This document shows, one piece after another, positions 41,874 through 53,245 of a stretch of 64,000 nt of DNA. How positions within the stretch are numbered: the first letter of the stretch is position 1; the number at the start of each line of letters is the position of its first letter. A model generated the notes under the pieces. It searched no databases. It saw only the letters and a program-made list of their open reading frames with translations, and was not told the DNA's origin. The stretch lies in sequence record SRR31156797_4827, one strand, 5' to 3'. A program made the position numbers and the translations under genes.

Positions 41874-42085
41874 CGAAAACAATGGGTGTTCCCCATTGTT
41901 TTTTTATTTTTCCTACGAAAAAGATGAAAGCAAGCAAGAAAACAGACGTGAAAAGACTTTTTCAACGAAAAAACCGTAGTTTTTTAGGAAAATAAGAGAA
42001 ATCGCTTTATTTTTTTTTCATTCTATTTTAAACTAAAAGATGTAGTGCAATTATTGCAGAATTGTTGGTTAGGAGGACATGAGAG

Positions 42086-43300
42086 ATGACAGAATTTGAA
42101 AATAATCAGGTTGAGAGTGGAAATGAATCAATGGAAGCCGCTTTAGACAATTTCCAAGAAGTAAAAGTTGGAGATATCGTTAAAGGCGAGGTATTGGCCA
42201 TTGAGGATAAACAAGCGATCGTAGGGATCGAAGGCGCCGGTGTCGAAGGCGTTGTTCCTGCAAAAGAATTATCGACTTTACCTGTTGAAGACATCAACGA
42301 AGCAGTCAAAGTAGGGGATGTCTTAGAATTAGTTGTGATTTCAGCAATTGGGAAAGACAAAGAAAATGGCAGCTATCTCCTTTCTAAACGTCGCTTAGAT
42401 GCGAAAAAAGTTTGGGAAGATATCGAAAAAGATTTCCAAGAAGGAAAAATCATCGAAGCACCAGTCACCAACGTCGTTAAAGGCGGATTAGTGGTTGACG
42501 TAGGGGTTCGTGGGTTTGTTCCAGCATCAATGGTCGAAGATCATTTTGTTGCGGATTTTGAAGATTACAAAGGGAAAACATTGACCTTTAAAATCGTTGA
42601 GATCGAGCCTTCTGAAAACCGCTTGATCCTTTCTCATAAAGCTGTTGTTGAAGCAGAAAAAGCAAAACAAAAAGAAGCTTTACTAGCTGATTTATATGAA
42701 GGACAAGAAGTAGAAGGAAAAGTAGCTCGTTTGACTGACTTTGGTGCCTTCGTGGACCTAGGCGGCATCGATGGACTTGTCCATGTCTCTGAAATTTCAC
42801 ATGGGCATGTTGGCAAACCGAGTGACGTTTTGTCTGTGGGAGATACCGTCAACGTCCGTATCTTATCTGTTGATGCAGACAAAGAACGTGTGTCTCTTTC
42901 AATCAAAGACACATTGCCTGGACCTTGGACCAATATTGAAGAGCAAGCGGCTGTTGGCAGTGTCTTAACTGGGACTGTTAAACGTTTGACAAGCTTCGGT
43001 GCGTTTGTGGAAGTCTTCCCAGGTGTTGAAGGGCTGATCCATATTTCACAAATCTCCCATAAACACATTGCGACACCACATGAAGTCTTACAAGAAGGCG
43101 ATGAAGTGCAAGTGAAAGTGCTCGAAGTGAACCCTTCAGAACACCGAATCGCATTAAGTATCAAAGCATTAGAAAAAGCAGAAAATACCAATGAAACACA
43201 AGAAGTTTCAGAGGATGATTATCAATTGCCAGAAGAATCAACTGGGTTTACCATGGGTGATATCTTAGGCGATGCCTTAAAAGACAGCGACGAAGAGTAA
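42086..43300 (+). CDS. rpsA: 30S ribosomal protein S1
   Basis: Four S1 repeats (FGAFVD..GLVHVSEIS); cmk-rpsA-der synteny. Confidence 0.96.
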   Translation: MTEFENNQVESGNESMEAALDNFQEVKVGDIVKGEVLAIEDKQAIVGIEGAGVEGVVPAKELSTLPVEDINEAVKVGDVLELVVISAIGKDKENGSYLLSKRRLDAKKVWEDIEKDFQEGKIIEAPVTNVVKGGLVVDVGVRGFVPASMVEDHFVADFEDYKGKTLTFKIVEIEPSENRLILSHKAVVEAEKAKQKEALLADLYEGQEVEGKVARLTDFGAFVDLGGIDGLVHVSEISHGHVGKPSDVLSVGDTVNVRILSVDADKERVSLSIKDTLPGPWTNIEEQAAVGSVLTGTVKRLTSFGAFVEVFPGVEGLIHISQISHKHIATPHEVLQEGDEVQVKVLEVNPSEHRIALSIKALEKAENTNETQEVSEDDYQLPEESTGFTMGDILGDALKDSDEE

Positions 43301-43463
43301 TTGTATGCCATCAGCTTATAACGATTCGATGTTTGAATTTGTTATAAGCTGATTTTTTGTTTGCCGAGAAAGCTTGCAACTTTCCATGGCTTTAGGTAAA
43401 CTAAGTAAGATTGAATACAAGAAGCAGCGTACAAGGACTGCTTTTTTAAATGGAGGGTAAAAA

Positions 43464-44774
43464 ATGTCAAATCCAACAATAGCGATCGTTGGACGTCCGA
43501 ATGTGGGGAAATCGACCATTTTCAACCGGATAGCTGGAGAACGAATTTCGATCGTTGAGGATACTCCAGGAGTGACCAGAGATCGTATTTATGCCACTGG
43601 TGAATGGCTAGGCCGTGAGTTTAGCGTAATCGATACTGGTGGGATCGATTTAAGTGATGAGCCGTTTATGGATCAAATCAAGCATCAAGCAGAAATCGCC
43701 ATCGATGAAGCAGATGTCATTGTTTTTATTACGAGTGCTCGTGAAGGAGTAACAGATGCTGACGAGCTTGTGGCTCGTTTGTTATACAAAAGCAACAAAC
43801 CCGTGATTTTAGCGGTCAACAAAGTTGATAATCCCGAGATGCGCAACGATATCTATGAATTTTATGGTTTAGGTCTGGGCGATCCATACCCAATCTCAGG
43901 AAGTCATGGATTAGGGATCGGTGATGTCCTAGATGAAGCAGTCAAACACTTTACCAATGAAGCGGAAGAAGAAGACGATTCCATTATCAAGTTTAGTTTG
44001 ATCGGTCGACCAAACGTCGGGAAATCCTCCTTGATCAATGCGATTCTTGGAGAAGAGCGAGTAATTGTTTCAGATATCGAAGGAACGACTCGTGATGCGA
44101 TCGATACCCATTTTACTAGCGAAAGCGGTCAAGAATTTACCATGATCGATACCGCCGGCATGCGTAAAAAAGGGAAGGTCTACGAATCTACTGAAAAATA
44201 CAGTGTCATGCGAGCAATGCGGGCCATTGAACGTTCAGACGTCGTCTTGATGGTCTTGAACGCCGAAGAAGGAATTCGCGAGCAAGACAAACGGATCGCT
44301 GGCTATGCCCATGAAGCAGGCCGTGGAATCATTATCGTTGTCAATAAATGGGATACATTGAAAAAAGAAACGAATACGATGCGTGATTTTGAAGAAGAAA
44401 TCAGAGATGAATTCCAATATTTGGATTATGCACCAATCATTTTCGTTTCCGCAGTGACGAAACAGCGCTTGAATAAGTTGCCGCAGTTGATCGAAGAAGT
44501 CAGCATGAATCAAAACATGCGTATTCCATCTGCGTTGTTGAATGACGTCATTATGGATGCGGTGGCGATCAACCCAACACCAACAGACAAAGGCAAACGT
44601 TTGAAGATTTTTTATGCGACGCAAGTGGCTGTCAAACCGCCAACTTTTGTTATTTTTGTCAACGAAGAAGAACTGATGCATTTCTCTTATGCGCGTTTCT
44701 TAGAAAATCAAATCCGCAAGGCATTCACTTTTGAAGGAACGCCGATTCGGATCATTCCACGCAGAAGAAAATAG
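43464..44774 (+). CDS. der: Ribosome biogenesis GTPase Der
   Basis: Two GRPNVGKS P-loops, DTGG/DTAG, NKVD/NKWD. Confidence 0.97.
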   Translation: MSNPTIAIVGRPNVGKSTIFNRIAGERISIVEDTPGVTRDRIYATGEWLGREFSVIDTGGIDLSDEPFMDQIKHQAEIAIDEADVIVFITSAREGVTDADELVARLLYKSNKPVILAVNKVDNPEMRNDIYEFYGLGLGDPYPISGSHGLGIGDVLDEAVKHFTNEAEEEDDSIIKFSLIGRPNVGKSSLINAILGEERVIVSDIEGTTRDAIDTHFTSESGQEFTMIDTAGMRKKGKVYESTEKYSVMRAMRAIERSDVVLMVLNAEEGIREQDKRIAGYAHEAGRGIIIVVNKWDTLKKETNTMRDFEEEIRDEFQYLDYAPIIFVSAVTKQRLNKLPQLIEEVSMNQNMRIPSALLNDVIMDAVAINPTPTDKGKRLKIFYATQVAVKPPTFVIFVNEEELMHFSYARFLENQIRKAFTFEGTPIRIIPRRRK

Positions 44775-45008
44775 AGATTTTATCATACTTTGTTTCTTTT
44801 TACAAAGAAATCTGTCCTTTTCTAGAAAAATGGGAAAAAACCAAAAAAAAACCCCCTAAAAACGTTAAAATCCTTGATATTACAAGGTTCTTATGATAAC
44901 GTTATATCAGAATATTGATGGTAATCAATATTTGACAAAAACCTTGGACCACTCAAGATTTTTGTTGATGCATGACATCAAAAAAAATATCAGGAGGTGA
45001 AACCATCC

Positions 45009-45284
45009 ATGGCAAATAAAGCAGAATTAATCGAAAAAGTTGCAGCAGCTACTGACTTAACTAAGAAAGACGCAACTGCAGCAGTAGACGCTGTATTCTC
45101 AACAATTCAAGACGCTTTAGCTAACGGTGAAAAAGTTCAATTGATCGGCTTTGGTAACTTTGAAGTTCGTTCTCGTGCAGAACGCAAAGGACGCAACCCA
45201 CAAACTGGTGAAGAAATCAAGATCCCTGCTAGCAAAGTACCTGCATTCAAACCAGGTAAAGCTCTTAAAGACGCAGTGAAATAA
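45009..45284 (+). CDS. hup: DNA-binding protein HU
   Basis: [39 protein letters not shown]. Confidence 0.98.
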   Translation: MANKAELIEKVAAATDLTKKDATAAVDAVFSTIQDALANGEKVQLIGFGNFEVRSRAERKGRNPQTGEEIKIPASKVPAFKPGKALKDAVK

Positions 45285-45571
45285 TTGAGTCTTGTAGAAA
45301 CCCTTGAGTAATCAAGGGTTTTTTCTTTTGTCTAACTAGGGACTGCCACCATACAGGCGGAACGAATGGGAAAAGAATCGGTTGTTATTGTCAGAAAATT
45401 CAAAATTATTTTTTGTTTTTCTTTTGATCTTAAAAAAACATGGGTTGCTGGCACACTTTAATTCTCAAGCAAGAATAAAGGTGATTTAAAAGTCATTTTT
45501 ATCAAAACAAGCAAGTGATTAAATGACATCTGATGTGAGAAAGGGTTCCTTAGAATTGTCATTATTGAAAA

Positions 45572-45617
45572 AAAATTCAGAAAATTCGTTGACAAGTGAT
45601 TTTGCAAAGGGTATATT
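45572..45617 (+). promoter_or_regulatory. ilv promoter with adjacent CodY box
   Basis: AAAATTCAGAAAATT (45572-45586), then TTGACA (45589-45594), 17 nt, TATATT (45612-45617). A second CodY-like TATTGTCAGAAAATT lies at 45386-45400. Confidence 0.8.
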
Positions 45618-45667
45618 GGTAAACAATTACAAGAACGTTACTATTTCTAATGAAGGAGCCATTTTCT

Positions 45668-45721
45668 ATGCGTAATTTTAATCAATATTTATTAGTCATT
45701 ATTATTGATACCAGGACTTAG
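45668..45721 (+). CDS. BCAA-rich leader peptide [17 protein letters not shown] (17 aa)
   Basis: Translated by hand. AAGGAG RBS, six consecutive Leu/Val/Ile codons, located between the promoter and the terminator preceding ilvD. Confidence 0.85.
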   Translation: MRNFNQYLLVIIIDTRT

Positions 45722-45786
45722 AACACGGAAGCAAAAATTATCCGTTTGTTTGAGTCCTATTTGCGTAAGTAAAATGGGATTCTGGC

Positions 45787-45825
45787 AAAGCATCCCAGTT
45801 TTTTATAACCGGGATGCTTTTTTTT
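45787..45825 (+). terminator. Attenuator terminator in the ilv leader
   Basis: AAAGCATCCCAGTT / AACCGGGATGCTTT followed by a T run, about 25 nt before ilvD. Confidence 0.85.
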
Positions 45826-45851
45826 ATTCCAAAATGCAGGAGATGATGAGT

Positions 45852-47540
45852 GTGAGAAGTGATCAAATTAAAAAAGGGATCGATGCAGCGCCAGCTAGGA
45901 GTCTGCTCTATGCCACAGGACAAGTTAAAAATATCCATGATATGAACAAGCCATTTATTGCGATATGTAATTCCTATATCGATATCGTGCCTGGGCATGT
46001 GCATTTACGGGAGTTAGCAGATATCGCAAAAGAAGCGATTCGTGAAGCTGGCGGCATCCCTTTCGAGTTCAATACAATCGGCGTAGATGATGGCATTGCT
46101 ATGGGACATATCGGTATGCGATATTCGCTACCTAGCCGAGAATTGATCGCTGATTCTGCAGAAACCGTCATCAATGCCCACTGGTTTGACGGCGTATTTT
46201 ATATCCCAAATTGTGACAAGATCACTCCTGGCATGATCTTAGCAGCCATGCGGACCAACGTACCAGGAATTTTTTGTTCCGGCGGTCCTATGAAAGCCGG
46301 CATTGATCCTCGGGGACATCAAATAACCTTATCTTCCATGTTTGAAGCCGTTGGGACGTACAAGACGGGTAATATGACAAAAGAAGATTTTGAGTTTATG
46401 GAACAAAATGCCTGTCCGACTTGCGGTTCCTGTGCAGGGATGTTTACTGCCAATTCAATGAACTGTCTCTTAGAGATCTTAGGATTGGCAATGCCAGGCA
46501 ATGGTACGATTCTTGCCGTGTCTGAAGAACGACGAGAACTAGTTAGACAAGCCGCCTTTAAGTTAATGGATCTTGTTGAAAAACAAGTGAAACCTCGAGA
46601 CATCGTGACCAAAGAAGCTATTGATGATGCCTTCGCTTTAGACATGGCGATGGGGGGGTCCACCAACACAGTGCTGCATACCTTAGCGATCGCCAATGAA
46701 GCTGAGATCGATTATGACTTAAGACGGGTCAATGAAATCGCTAAAAGAGTGCCTTATCTCTCAAAAATCGCGCCATCATCAGCCTATTCAATGCATGATG
46801 TCCATGAAGCCGGTGGGGTTTCAGCGATCATTAGGGAGCTATGTGATATCGAGGGAGCGATTCATCCCGATCGACCGACTGTTACCGGTAAGACGTTGCG
46901 AGAAAATGTCGCTGAAGCGAAGATCCACAACGAAGAAGTCATCCATCCGAAAGAAAATCCGTATAGTCCAGTTGGCGGTCTATCGATCTTGTACGGAAAC
47001 ATCGCCCCAGAAGGCAGTGTCATCAAAGTTGGCGGGGTTGATCCAAGTGTCCAAGTGTTCAAAGGGAAAGCGATCTGTTTTGATTCTCATGATGAAGCAG
47101 TCGCAGCAATTGACAATCATACCGTACAAAAAGGACATGTCGTAGTGATCCGCTATGAAGGCCCGAAAGGGGGGCCGGGAATGCCGGAAATGCTGGCGCC
47201 TACCTCAAGTATCGTTGGTCGTGGGTTAGGCAAAGATGTCGCCTTGATTACAGACGGCCGCTTTTCAGGAGCGACGCGGGGGATCGCAGTTGGACATATT
47301 TCTCCGGAAGCTGCAGCCGGTGGTCCATTAGGACTAGTCAACGATGGCGATGAGATCATTATTGATTTGCCAAATCGAACGCTAAATCTGCAAGTTTCAG
47401 AAGAAGAGCTTGCCAAGCGTGCGCAAGAACGACCGAAGTTTCGTTCAAAAGTAAAAAAAGGATGGCTTGCACGTTATACCGCTTTAGTGACCTCTGCGAA
47501 TACGGGCGGGATTATGCGAGTACCTGATGAGGAGGAGTAG
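45852..47540 (+). CDS. ilvD: Dihydroxy-acid dehydratase
   Basis: [48 protein letters not shown]. Likely GTG start at 45852 (MRSD...) after AGGAG. Confidence 0.95.
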   Translation: MRSDQIKKGIDAAPARSLLYATGQVKNIHDMNKPFIAICNSYIDIVPGHVHLRELADIAKEAIREAGGIPFEFNTIGVDDGIAMGHIGMRYSLPSRELIADSAETVINAHWFDGVFYIPNCDKITPGMILAAMRTNVPGIFCSGGPMKAGIDPRGHQITLSSMFEAVGTYKTGNMTKEDFEFMEQNACPTCGSCAGMFTANSMNCLLEILGLAMPGNGTILAVSEERRELVRQAAFKLMDLVEKQVKPRDIVTKEAIDDAFALDMAMGGSTNTVLHTLAIANEAEIDYDLRRVNEIAKRVPYLSKIAPSSAYSMHDVHEAGGVSAIIRELCDIEGAIHPDRPTVTGKTLRENVAEAKIHNEEVIHPKENPYSPVGGLSILYGNIAPEGSVIKVGGVDPSVQVFKGKAICFDSHDEAVAAIDNHTVQKGHVVVIRYEGPKGGPGMPEMLAPTSSIVGRGLGKDVALITDGRFSGATRGIAVGHISPEAAAGGPLGLVNDGDEIIIDLPNRTLNLQVSEEELAKRAQERPKFRSKVKKGWLARYTALVTSANTGGIMRVPDEEE

Positions 47541-47542
47541 CA

Positions 47543-49243
47543 ATGGAAAACATCGACTATCAAGCATCGCATCTAAGGACTGGCGCGCAAGTGTTAGTGG
47601 ACAGCTTGCAAGAGCAAGGCGTCGAAATGATCTTTGGCTACCCGGGTGGCGCCGTCTTACCGTTATATGACCAATTATATGATGCAGCGATTCCGAATAT
47701 TTTGACGCGTCACGAGCAAGGCGCGATCCACGCCGCTGAAGGCTATGCCAAAGCTACTGGCAATGTTGGGGTCGTTTTAGTGACAAGTGGTCCAGGTGCT
47801 ACGAATGTCGTTACTGGCATTGCCGATGCTATGAGCGATTCCGTACCGTTGGTGGTTATCACGGGGCAAGTGGCCGTACCAGGAATTGGCAAAGACGCTT
47901 TTCAAGAAGCGGATATTCTAGGTATCACGTTGCCGATCACGAAACACAATTACCAAGTCCGTTGTGTGGATGACTTACCGAAAGTGATCGCTGAAGCCTT
48001 TCACATCGCTTCAACTGGGCGTAAGGGACCTGTTGTGATCGACCTTCCGAAAGATATTACATTGCAAGAAACCGCTGAAACCTGCTCATTGCCGATCACA
48101 AGGAAAAGTTATCAACCGAATGCAGAGCCTTCCCGTCTGCAAATTGAAAAATTGATGCACGTTTTAGAAAAAGCACAGCGACCAGTGGTACTGGCTGGTG
48201 CAGGCGTGATCGCGGCTGAAGCTGCGGCTGAATTAAATGCATTTATTGCCAAGTACAAGTTGCCGACAGTCACAACGTTGCTCGGCTTAGGCTTACTGCC
48301 AAATGATCATCAATTTTTCTTGGGCATGGGCGGTATGCATGGAACGTATGCGGCGAACATGGCTTTATCAGAAGCCGATTTGATTATCAATATCGGCTCT
48401 CGCTTCGATGATCGCTTAGCGACTGCCGGCAGTCAGTTCGGTAAGCAGGCCATCGTTGCTCATATCGACATCGACCCGGTGGAGATCGGCAAGATTGTAG
48501 AGACAAAGATCCCAATCGTCGGCGATGCCAAGGCTGCTTTGAAACAGATGCTACGGTATCCGCCAACTAGAGGAACGTGGTCTACCTGGTCGGATCTATG
48601 TCAAAAACGGAAGACGGAAAAACCTTATCGCTATGATCGCACTCAAGCACAAGAAATCAAACCGCAAAAAGTCATCGAAGAAGTAGGGCGTTTGACCAAA
48701 GGAGAGGCTTACGTCATCACCGATGTTGGGCAGCATCAAATGTGGGTCGCGCAGTATTATCCGTTTCGCTTTCCTAAGCAGTTGATCACCAGTGGCGGAC
48801 TAGGCACGATGGGCTATGGTATCCCTGCGGGAATTGGCGTCCAATTTGCTCATCCAGAAAAAATGGTCGTGGTGTTTGTTGGCGATGGCGGGTTCCAAAT
48901 GACAAACCAGGAATTTGCTATTTTGAATGAGTATGGCTTGAATGTCAAATTTGTTTTGTTGAATAATCGTTCGTTAGGAATGGTCCGCCAATGGCAAGAA
49001 ACATTTCATGGCAAACGACGCTCTGCCTCTGTTTTTGCACAGCAACCTGATTTTGTTAAACTAGCACAAGCTTATGGCATCGAAGGCTGTCGGATCGATG
49101 AACCCACTCAGCTTTCTGCTATGCTAGCGGAAGCTTTTGCACATACGGGGCCGCAACTGATCGAAGTAATGGTCTCGCCCTCAGAGCATGTGTTGCCGAT
49201 GATCCCACCGGGGAAAGCCAATCATGAAATGATGGGGGTCTAA
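47543..49243 (+). CDS. ilvB: Acetolactate synthase large subunit
   Basis: FGYPGGAVL, RHEQGA, TSGPGATN, GDGGFQM..N TPP motif. Confidence 0.95.
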   Translation: MENIDYQASHLRTGAQVLVDSLQEQGVEMIFGYPGGAVLPLYDQLYDAAIPNILTRHEQGAIHAAEGYAKATGNVGVVLVTSGPGATNVVTGIADAMSDSVPLVVITGQVAVPGIGKDAFQEADILGITLPITKHNYQVRCVDDLPKVIAEAFHIASTGRKGPVVIDLPKDITLQETAETCSLPITRKSYQPNAEPSRLQIEKLMHVLEKAQRPVVLAGAGVIAAEAAAELNAFIAKYKLPTVTTLLGLGLLPNDHQFFLGMGGMHGTYAANMALSEADLIINIGSRFDDRLATAGSQFGKQAIVAHIDIDPVEIGKIVETKIPIVGDAKAALKQMLRYPPTRGTWSTWSDLCQKRKTEKPYRYDRTQAQEIKPQKVIEEVGRLTKGEAYVITDVGQHQMWVAQYYPFRFPKQLITSGGLGTMGYGIPAGIGVQFAHPEKMVVVFVGDGGFQMTNQEFAILNEYGLNVKFVLLNNRSLGMVRQWQETFHGKRRSASVFAQQPDFVKLAQAYGIEGCRIDEPTQLSAMLAEAFAHTGPQLIEVMVSPSEHVLPMIPPGKANHEMMGV

Positions 49244-49247
49244 GGGG

Positions 49248-49724
49248 ATGAAACGGGTATTAGCAGCAATCGTCCATAATGAAGCAGGTGTTTTGAGCCG
49301 CATCACGAGTGTCTTAAACCGCCGGCAGGTCAATATCGAGAGTATTTCTGTCGGCACAACGGAACGGCCAGAGTTTTCACGAATGACGATCATTGTCAAC
49401 GTGAACGATTTGGCAGAAACAGAACAAGTGACCAAGCATTTAAATAAACAAATAGATGTCTTGAAGGTTTCTGATATTACAGAAGTTCCTCATATCGAAC
49501 GAGAGCTGGTGCTGATCAAAGTCAATGCACCAACCACTAGCCGCTCGGAGATCCAAGCAGTGATTGATCCGTTTCGAGCGCACATTGTCGATGTCGCACT
49601 GAAAACGATCGTTGTGCAAGTTGCCGGCGATACGAAAAAGGTAGAAGCATGCATCGAAGTTTTGCGTCCCTACGGGATCAAACAGTTGGCACGAACGGGT
49701 GTCACTGGCTTTACAAGAGGGTAA
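49248..49724 (+). CDS. ilvH: Acetolactate synthase small subunit
   Basis: NEAGVLSRI..RRQVNIESI, LNKQIDV, ERELVLIKV, ARTG. Confidence 0.93.
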   Translation: MKRVLAAIVHNEAGVLSRITSVLNRRQVNIESISVGTTERPEFSRMTIIVNVNDLAETEQVTKHLNKQIDVLKVSDITEVPHIERELVLIKVNAPTTSRSEIQAVIDPFRAHIVDVALKTIVVQVAGDTKKVEACIEVLRPYGIKQLARTGVTGFTRG

Positions 49725-49750
49725 GTGCAATTTTGAATTGCTTAAAATAA

Positions 49751-50764
<1,014 letters not shown>

Positions 50765-50766
50765 AG

Positions 50767-52029
50767 GTGGCGCGTTTGTTGGTGACAGTTTCTGCAATCG
50801 AACAAGCATATGAACGACTGCGGGGAGCAGTTAGTCATACACCGCTGCAGTATGATCGCTTTTTATCTGAAAAATACCAAGCGACGGTTTTGTTGAAGCG
50901 AGAGGACTTGCAAAAAGTCCGCTCCTTCAAATTACGAGGTGCCTACTATGCGATCACCCAAGCAGATCCTGTGCAGACCAGTCGTGGCGTCGTCTGTGCC
51001 AGTGCCGGAAATCATGCCCAAGGCGTTGCTTATACCTGCCAAGAACAGCAGATCCATGCGGTCATTTTCATGCCAACAACGACGCCGCAACAAAAAGTCG
51101 CGCAAGTTCTCTTTTTCGGCGGCGACTACGTCAAAATCGAATTGGTGGGAGATACCTTTGATGCGGCGGCGCAGGCTGCCAAACAATTTGCAAAAGAAAA
51201 GCAAATGGCTTTCATTGCTCCTTTTGATGATCCCAATATTATCGCAGGACAAGGAACAGTAGCCGTGGAAATGTTGGCGGATGCTGAAAAAAAACAAGTA
51301 TCGATCGATTTGGTGGTGGCAGCCATTGGTGGCGGTGGTTTGATCAGCGGGACCGCAGCCTATTTGAAAGAAAAGCAGCCAAATATAAAAGTTGTTGGAG
51401 CAGAACCTGTAGGGGCCGCCTCGATGCAAGCAGCCTTTGATCACCAAGGACCGGTGGCTTTAGAGCATATTGAAACCTTTGTCGATGGTGCGGCAGTCAA
51501 ACAAGTCGGAGCTCAGACCTATGCCCATGCCAAACGCTATGTGGATCAATTGGTAACGGTGGAAGAAGGTGGAATCTGCCAAACGATTCTAGAATTATAC
51601 AGCAAACAAGCGATCGTCGCTGAACCAGCTGGTGCCTTGAGCGTGGCAGCTCTGGATGAGATCAAAGAGCAAATCAAAGGCAAGACGGTCGTCTGTATTG
51701 TGAGTGGTGGCAACAATGATAGTTCCCGCATGGCAGAGATCGAAGAGAAATCACTGATTTATCAAGGATTGAAACATTATTTTATCGTCAATTTCCCACA
51801 ACGTCCCGGTGCGTTGAAGGAATTTGTTAGCCATGTATTAGGGCCTGATGATGATATCACGAGGTTTGAATATACGAAAAAAATCAATCGTGGAACAGGA
51901 CCAGTAATGCTGGGAATCTTGTTGAAACAAAAAAACGATCTACCCGCATTACTGTCACGAATTGAACAGTTTGATCAAGGCTACATCAACCTTCAGCAAA
52001 ATCAATCACTTTACTCGCTTTTGGTTTAG
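50767..52029 (+). CDS. ilvA: Threonine dehydratase, biosynthetic (short Firmicute type)
   Basis: RSFKLRGA, ASAGNHAQG, GGGGLISG, FPQRPGAL..DDITRFEY. Confidence 0.95.
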   Translation: MARLLVTVSAIEQAYERLRGAVSHTPLQYDRFLSEKYQATVLLKREDLQKVRSFKLRGAYYAITQADPVQTSRGVVCASAGNHAQGVAYTCQEQQIHAVIFMPTTTPQQKVAQVLFFGGDYVKIELVGDTFDAAAQAAKQFAKEKQMAFIAPFDDPNIIAGQGTVAVEMLADAEKKQVSIDLVVAAIGGGGLISGTAAYLKEKQPNIKVVGAEPVGAASMQAAFDHQGPVALEHIETFVDGAAVKQVGAQTYAHAKRYVDQLVTVEEGGICQTILELYSKQAIVAEPAGALSVAALDEIKEQIKGKTVVCIVSGGNNDSSRMAEIEEKSLIYQGLKHYFIVNFPQRPGALKEFVSHVLGPDDDITRFEYTKKINRGTGPVMLGILLKQKNDLPALLSRIEQFDQGYINLQQNQSLYSLLV

Positions 52030-52073
52030 AAAAAAACATGGTTTCCTTTGTAATACAGGAAACCATGTTTTTT
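52030..52073 (+). terminator. Terminator after ilvA
   Basis: AAAAAACATGGTTTCCT / AGGAAACCATGTTTTTT. Confidence 0.85.
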
Positions 52074-52195
52074 GCTTTTTGGCATAGAATCATGGGACAA
52101 ATCGGCGAAAATACTTCCTAATGGTTAGCGATTTAGTAGGTGTTTCAACGGCTTCTTGCTATAATAGTAAGTAGTAGCAACAAAGGAGTGAGCCG

Positions 52196-53245
52196 ATGGA
52201 AGCTGTTTTTTACAGAAATGAGCAAGAAACCCAGATTTCTTACGGGGAAACATTGGCATCGGTCATGAAAGGACAGTCGATCGAGCCGCAGCAGGTGATC
52301 ATTTTGACGAATCAGCGTTATTATGACCGCTTTTCAGAAAAAGTAACCCGCCTGTTTTTGCCGCGCGAGGTCAATTGGTATATTTGTACCAACCAAATGT
52401 ATTGCAACAACTTTAGTGAATTTAAGGCCGCGATGGATTTCTTCGGTCGCTTTTCAAAGCAAGAGTCCTTGTTGATCGTCGGGTTTGGGAATGAAGGTGT
52501 ATTGGCACTGAGCAGTTTTATCCATGCGACTTCGGTCCTATCGACACAGCTTTGGTTGATTCCTGTTTCCTTGCGGGCCTTAGCCAAAAGTGTCAAAGAA
52601 ACAGCGATCGTTGTGAAAAAGCCAGATATCCCGATGCTGGAAAATCCTAATGCACCACAATTTGTTATTTTCGATCAGACGATTGCCGAAAAGCAAATCG
52701 ATGGGAAACTTGTCGACTTTTTGACCCTGATCCGTGGTGGCGTGCTTGCCGATAGCGATTTTTTAAAGGAACTTTATCGAACGTACCCCAGTCATCAGGC
52801 ATTGATGAGACACTCGTTGGCAGCTTATACCAATCAGCTGATCCAATTGTATCAGCAGTCGGGACGCGAATTAGAGGAGTTTGGGCAACTCTTTGCCGAT
52901 GCTGCTTATCAAACAGAAAATGGTCACTTGCTGTCTGATGCGATGAAATTGTTCTTTGGCTTTTTGTTTCATTTTATTTGGACAGTCCAGCAGCAGCAGT
53001 TGACTGTCGATCTGCCAGTATTTTGCCAATGGCTTGCACGATTAGGCTTTCCTATCGAATTGCCCGAGTCTTTTTCCTTAAGCGAATATTTCAGCCGTGT
53101 ACTAGAATTGCAGCAAAAAGAAAAAAAACTGTTATTTTTGGCAAAAGTTGGTACAATAGGGGGCAGAACGGAAATCGAGGAGAAAGATCTTGTCCAAACG
53201 ATGGAGACTTATCAGCGATTAATCAATGAGATTCGAGGGGTCTAA
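52196..53245 (+). CDS. Degenerate 3-dehydroquinate-synthase-like protein
   Basis: Length and motif spacing echo AroB (GFGNEGVL, IPVSLRA, PQFVIFD, LGFP), but the catalytic motifs are altered. Confidence 0.55.
   Translation: MEAVFYRNEQETQISYGETLASVMKGQSIEPQQVIILTNQRYYDRFSEKVTRLFLPREVNWYICTNQMYCNNFSEFKAAMDFFGRFSKQESLLIVGFGNEGVLALSSFIHATSVLSTQLWLIPVSLRALAKSVKETAIVVKKPDIPMLENPNAPQFVIFDQTIAEKQIDGKLVDFLTLIRGGVLADSDFLKELYRTYPSHQALMRHSLAAYTNQLIQLYQQSGRELEEFGQLFADAAYQTENGHLLSDAMKLFFGFLFHFIWTVQQQQLTVDLPVFCQWLARLGFPIELPESFSLSEYFSRVLELQQKEKKLLFLAKVGTIGGRTEIEEKDLVQTMETYQRLINEIRGV

Noticed and set aside
45705-45851. N-terminal extension of IlvD shown in the ORF track
   Set aside because: It overlaps the leader peptide and attenuator. 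The RBS and the family N-terminus (MRSD) point to GTG 45852.
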